Origin: Escherichia coli O121 str. RM8352
GTDB lineage: Bacteria; Pseudomonadota; Gammaproteobacteria; Enterobacterales; Enterobacteriaceae
Assembly: GCF_003112145.1 (NCBI RefSeq)
Contig: NZ_CP028110.1
DNA: 32,000 nt
Reading direction: 5' to 3' (one strand)
The notes below the pieces were generated by a model. That model saw only the letters and a list, made by a program, of their open reading frames with translations. It was not told the origin of the DNA and searched no databases. This document shows, in pieces, positions 29,507 through 32,000 of this stretch. Numbering within the stretch: the stretch's first letter is position 1; each line of letters opens with the position of its first letter. The translations under genes were made by a program, and so were the position numbers.

Positions 29507-30385
29507 TTAAAGACCAGCCTGCTGGCGAACCTGATTTAGCAGGGCGCTCCAGTCCTGCCGCCCTTTGCCGTCTTGACTTGCTGCGGCGTAATAACTTTCT
29601 GCTGCAATCCCCATATTGAGCGGTGCCCCCGTCTCCCGAGCGACGTCAACTGCAATACGCAGATCTTTCAACGCCAGATCCACCATGAAGGCGGGTGAAA
29701 GATCGCCTTTCAGCACTTTGCCAGGCCAGGTGGTCGTAAAATGTCCTTTCCCTGCTGCCGTACCACTCATCACCTTAATTGCGACATCAAGATTTAATCC
29801 CAGTGACTCACATAACACAGCGGCCTCGGAGGACAGCGCATTAAGCGCAATGCTCATATAGTTGTTAATTAGCTTCACGCGGATCCCCATTCCTGGGCCG
29901 CCAGCCTCGACCAGCTCATTACCCATGCACATGAGAATCGGGCGTGCACGCGCAATCTGCTCATCAGTGCCACCCGCTAAAATCAGCAATGTGCCATCAA
30001 TCGCATTCACGGACGTTCTGCCCACGGGAGCGTCCATCATACTGATGCCTTTTTCTTGTAATTCCCGAATTAATGCATCGGTCTGTAAGGGATGAATAGT
30101 CGACATATCAATCAATAACGCGTCAGATGAAACAGTCTCACAGACGCCTTTTTCCCCCAACAGAACCTGTCGAACAATGTCACCATTGGGAAGCATAGTG
30201 ATGATAAATTCAGCGCCTGCTGCTGCTTCCGCTGGGGTTTGTGCCGCAGTGGCCCCATGCGTAACTAGCGCATCGACGGCCTGTGCATTGACATCAAATA
30301 CCTGCAATGAATGCCCTTTTTGCAATAGATTGTTAGCCATTGGGCTACCCATCTGCCCCAGCCCGAGAAATGCAATGATTGCCAT
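29507..30385 (-). CDS. yihU: 3-sulfolactaldehyde reductase homologue (YihU, beta-hydroxyacid dehydrogenase family)
   Basis: [20 protein letters not shown]...[11 protein letters not shown]...[14 protein letters not shown]. The given ORF extends upstream to 30586 but the natural start is 30385. Confidence 0.87.
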   Translation of the reverse strand: MAIIAFLGLGQMGSPMANNLLQKGHSLQVFDVNAQAVDALVTHGATAAQTPAEAAAGAEFIITMLPNGDIVRQVLLGEKGVCETVSSDALLIDMSTIHPLQTDALIRELQEKGISMMDAPVGRTSVNAIDGTLLILAGGTDEQIARARPILMCMGNELVEAGGPGMGIRVKLINNYMSIALNALSSEAAVLCESLGLNLDVAIKVMSGTAAGKGHFTTTWPGKVLKGDLSPAFMVDLALKDLRIAVDVARETGAPLNMGIAAESYYAAASQDGKGRQDWSALLNQVRQQAGL

Positions 30386-30433
30386 GAATACTCTCCTGTC
30401 TGACATTGACAAAATAATGACAATTGAAAATTC

Positions 30434-30478
30434 GTTTTCGTCTGTTTTTGAGCATATTTGTAATTTATGTTCGAAAAC
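30434..30478. promoter_or_regulatory. Putative regulator-binding inverted repeat in the yihU/yihV divergent promoter region
   Basis: GTTTTCG (30434-30440) and CGAAAAC (30472-30478) separated by 31 bp, within the shared intergenic region. Confidence 0.35.
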
Positions 30479-30557
30479 ACGACACGCATCACTAATTTGA
30501 TCATTTGTGTCATTTAAATTGACTAAAGACGACAAAATTAAACAGGACAAGACAAAT

Positions 30558-31454
30558 ATGACCAGAATTGCATGCGTGGGTATCACAGTTCAGGACAGGA
30601 TTTATTCTTTGCCCACTCTGCCGGAGGGCGGCGGGAAATATCAGGCAAATCATTATCTTGAGATTGGTGGCGGCCCGGCAGCAACAGCCGCTGTTGCAAT
30701 CGCAAAGCTTGGCGTGGAGGTTGATTTCATCGGTCGCGTCGGCGATGACAGTTGTGGAAATACCTTACTTGCAGAACTTGAGGGTTGGGGCGTCAATACC
30801 GCATTTTGCCGCCGATATCCTAACGCCCGTTCGTCGCAATCAGCGATCCTCGTTGATCAGCATGGCGAACGGATTATCGTTAATTATCCAAGTCCTGATC
30901 TCGGTACTGATGCCGAATGGTTAGAAGCGATCGATTTCTCTCGTTATGATCTGATTCTGGCCGATGTTCGCTGGCATAGCGGTACTGAAAAAGCATTCTC
31001 GCTAGCGCGCCTTGCGGGTGTGACAACGCTTTTAGACGCCGATATGACACCGCAGGATATTTCTCCACTTGTCGCGCTTGCCGATCACGCCGTGTTCTCA
31101 ACACCAGGGCTGAAACGCATGACTGGCCTGCAGTCACCTGAAGAAGGTTTGTTCCAGGCAACGACACAAACAGCAGGTAAAGTGTATGTTACGCTGGGTT
31201 CTGAAGGATCGTTGTGGATCGAAGATGGTCATTTGTGTCAACAGGAGGCATTTTCTGTCAATGTGGTTGATACCACTGGAGCAGGCGATGTTTTTCACGG
31301 CGCACTCGCGGTAGCGTTGGCAGAAAAAATGCCAACAAAAGAGGCTATTCGTTTTGCCAGTGCGGTTGCCGCGATGAAATGTACCCAGCCTGGCGGTCGG
31401 GCCGGCATACCTAATCGTGAGCAAACCGAATCATTTTTGTCACTTTATGCGTAA
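30558..31454 (+). CDS. yihV: PfkB-family sugar kinase, YihV-like
   Basis: [52 protein letters not shown]...[12 protein letters not shown]. Divergent from yihU. Confidence 0.85.
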   Translation: MTRIACVGITVQDRIYSLPTLPEGGGKYQANHYLEIGGGPAATAAVAIAKLGVEVDFIGRVGDDSCGNTLLAELEGWGVNTAFCRRYPNARSSQSAILVDQHGERIIVNYPSPDLGTDAEWLEAIDFSRYDLILADVRWHSGTEKAFSLARLAGVTTLLDADMTPQDISPLVALADHAVFSTPGLKRMTGLQSPEEGLFQATTQTAGKVYVTLGSEGSLWIEDGHLCQQEAFSVNVVDTTGAGDVFHGALAVALAEKMPTKEAIRFASAVAAMKCTQPGGRAGIPNREQTESFLSLYA

Positions 31455-31493
31455 AATGGTAAACATCTACCGAGGAGGGGCAAGGGAGTATTC

Positions 31494-32000
31494 ATGAGTA
31501 TCATCGAAGTGACAGGTAATCCACGCCATGACCAACTCGTTCATCTAATCGCAGAACGCGGTTATATGAATATTGAAGAACTGGCACAACTGCTGGATGT
31601 TTCAACGCAAACCGTGCGCCGGGATATCCGAAAACTCAGTGAGCAGGGCTTGATCACCCGTCATCATGGAGGGGCCGGGCGCGTTTCCAGCGTCATGAAT
31701 ACCGCTTTTGAGCAACGGGAACTTTCGCTCACCGCCGAGAAACGGGCGATCGCTGAGGCAGTCGCCGATTACCTTCCCGAACGCTGTACCGTCTTTATCA
31801 CCATCGGTACAACCGTAGAAGCCGTTGCCAGGGCATTACTCAACCGGCGTGATTTACGCATTATCACTAACAGCCTACGTGTGGCACAGATTCTTTATAA
31901 GAATCAGGATATTGAAGTGATGGTGCCGGGAGGCACTTTACGCGCTCATAACGGCGGGATTATCGGCCCAGGAGCCGTGGATTTTATTGAAGGCTTCCGC
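31494..32000 (+). CDS. yihW: DeoR-family transcriptional regulator (CsqR/YihW-like), truncated by the window end
   Basis: Open frame from ATG 31494: MSIIEVTGNPRHDQLVHLIAERGYMNIEELAQLLDVSTQTVRRDIRKLSEQGLITRHHGGAG..., DeoR HTH. Confidence 0.82.
   Translation, partial: MSIIEVTGNPRHDQLVHLIAERGYMNIEELAQLLDVSTQTVRRDIRKLSEQGLITRHHGGAGRVSSVMNTAFEQRELSLTAEKRAIAEAVADYLPERCTVFITIGTTVEAVARALLNRRDLRIITNSLRVAQILYKNQDIEVMVPGGTLRAHNGGIIGPGAVDFIEGFR

Noticed and set aside
30386-30586. N-terminal extension of the YihU-like ORF (67 extra residues)
   Set aside because: The extension runs through the divergent promoter region and lacks homology. The conserved start [13 protein letters not shown] is at 30385.

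Overview
This window is an Escherichia-type chromosomal segment, read in the reverse of the usual K-12 orientation. From left to right it contains: rhaA (3' part)-rhaD-rhaM; the frvABXR PTS/peptidase operon; yiiG and fdhD (minus strand); fdoG-fdoH-fdoI-fdhE (formate dehydrogenase-O, with an in-frame Sec UGA); an accessory interval of about 5.5 kb between fdhE and fabY; fabY-dtd-yihY-yihX (minus); and a sulfoquinovose-like (yih) sugar cassette that differs from K-12 in gene content and apparent orientation. The main points of interest are: (1) an AT-rich ~580-637 aa ORF (18473-20386, minus) carrying the CX5R motif GCKSAKDRS of IpgD/SopB/INPP4-type phosphoinositide phosphatases, with no adjacent secretion system; (2) a HigB2/HigA2-like toxin-antitoxin pair with a perfect palindromic putative operator and a promoter abutting the toxin ATG, plus a 3'-end relic of a second antitoxin-like copy about 1.8 kb away; (3) a short element (TCTGGAAAACGCCTCGC) found about 100-125 bp upstream of three successive minus-strand small genes (yiiF, yiiE, toxin); (4) a variant yih cassette with YihT/YihU/YihV/DeoR homologues but with two non-YihO/P transporters and a zinc-type dehydrogenase, and no YihS or YihQ in view; (5) probable frameshifts in an HSL-family esterase and in the 5' end of one MFS transporter. 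Gene identities come from recalled family and protein knowledge plus motif reading. No database search was run.
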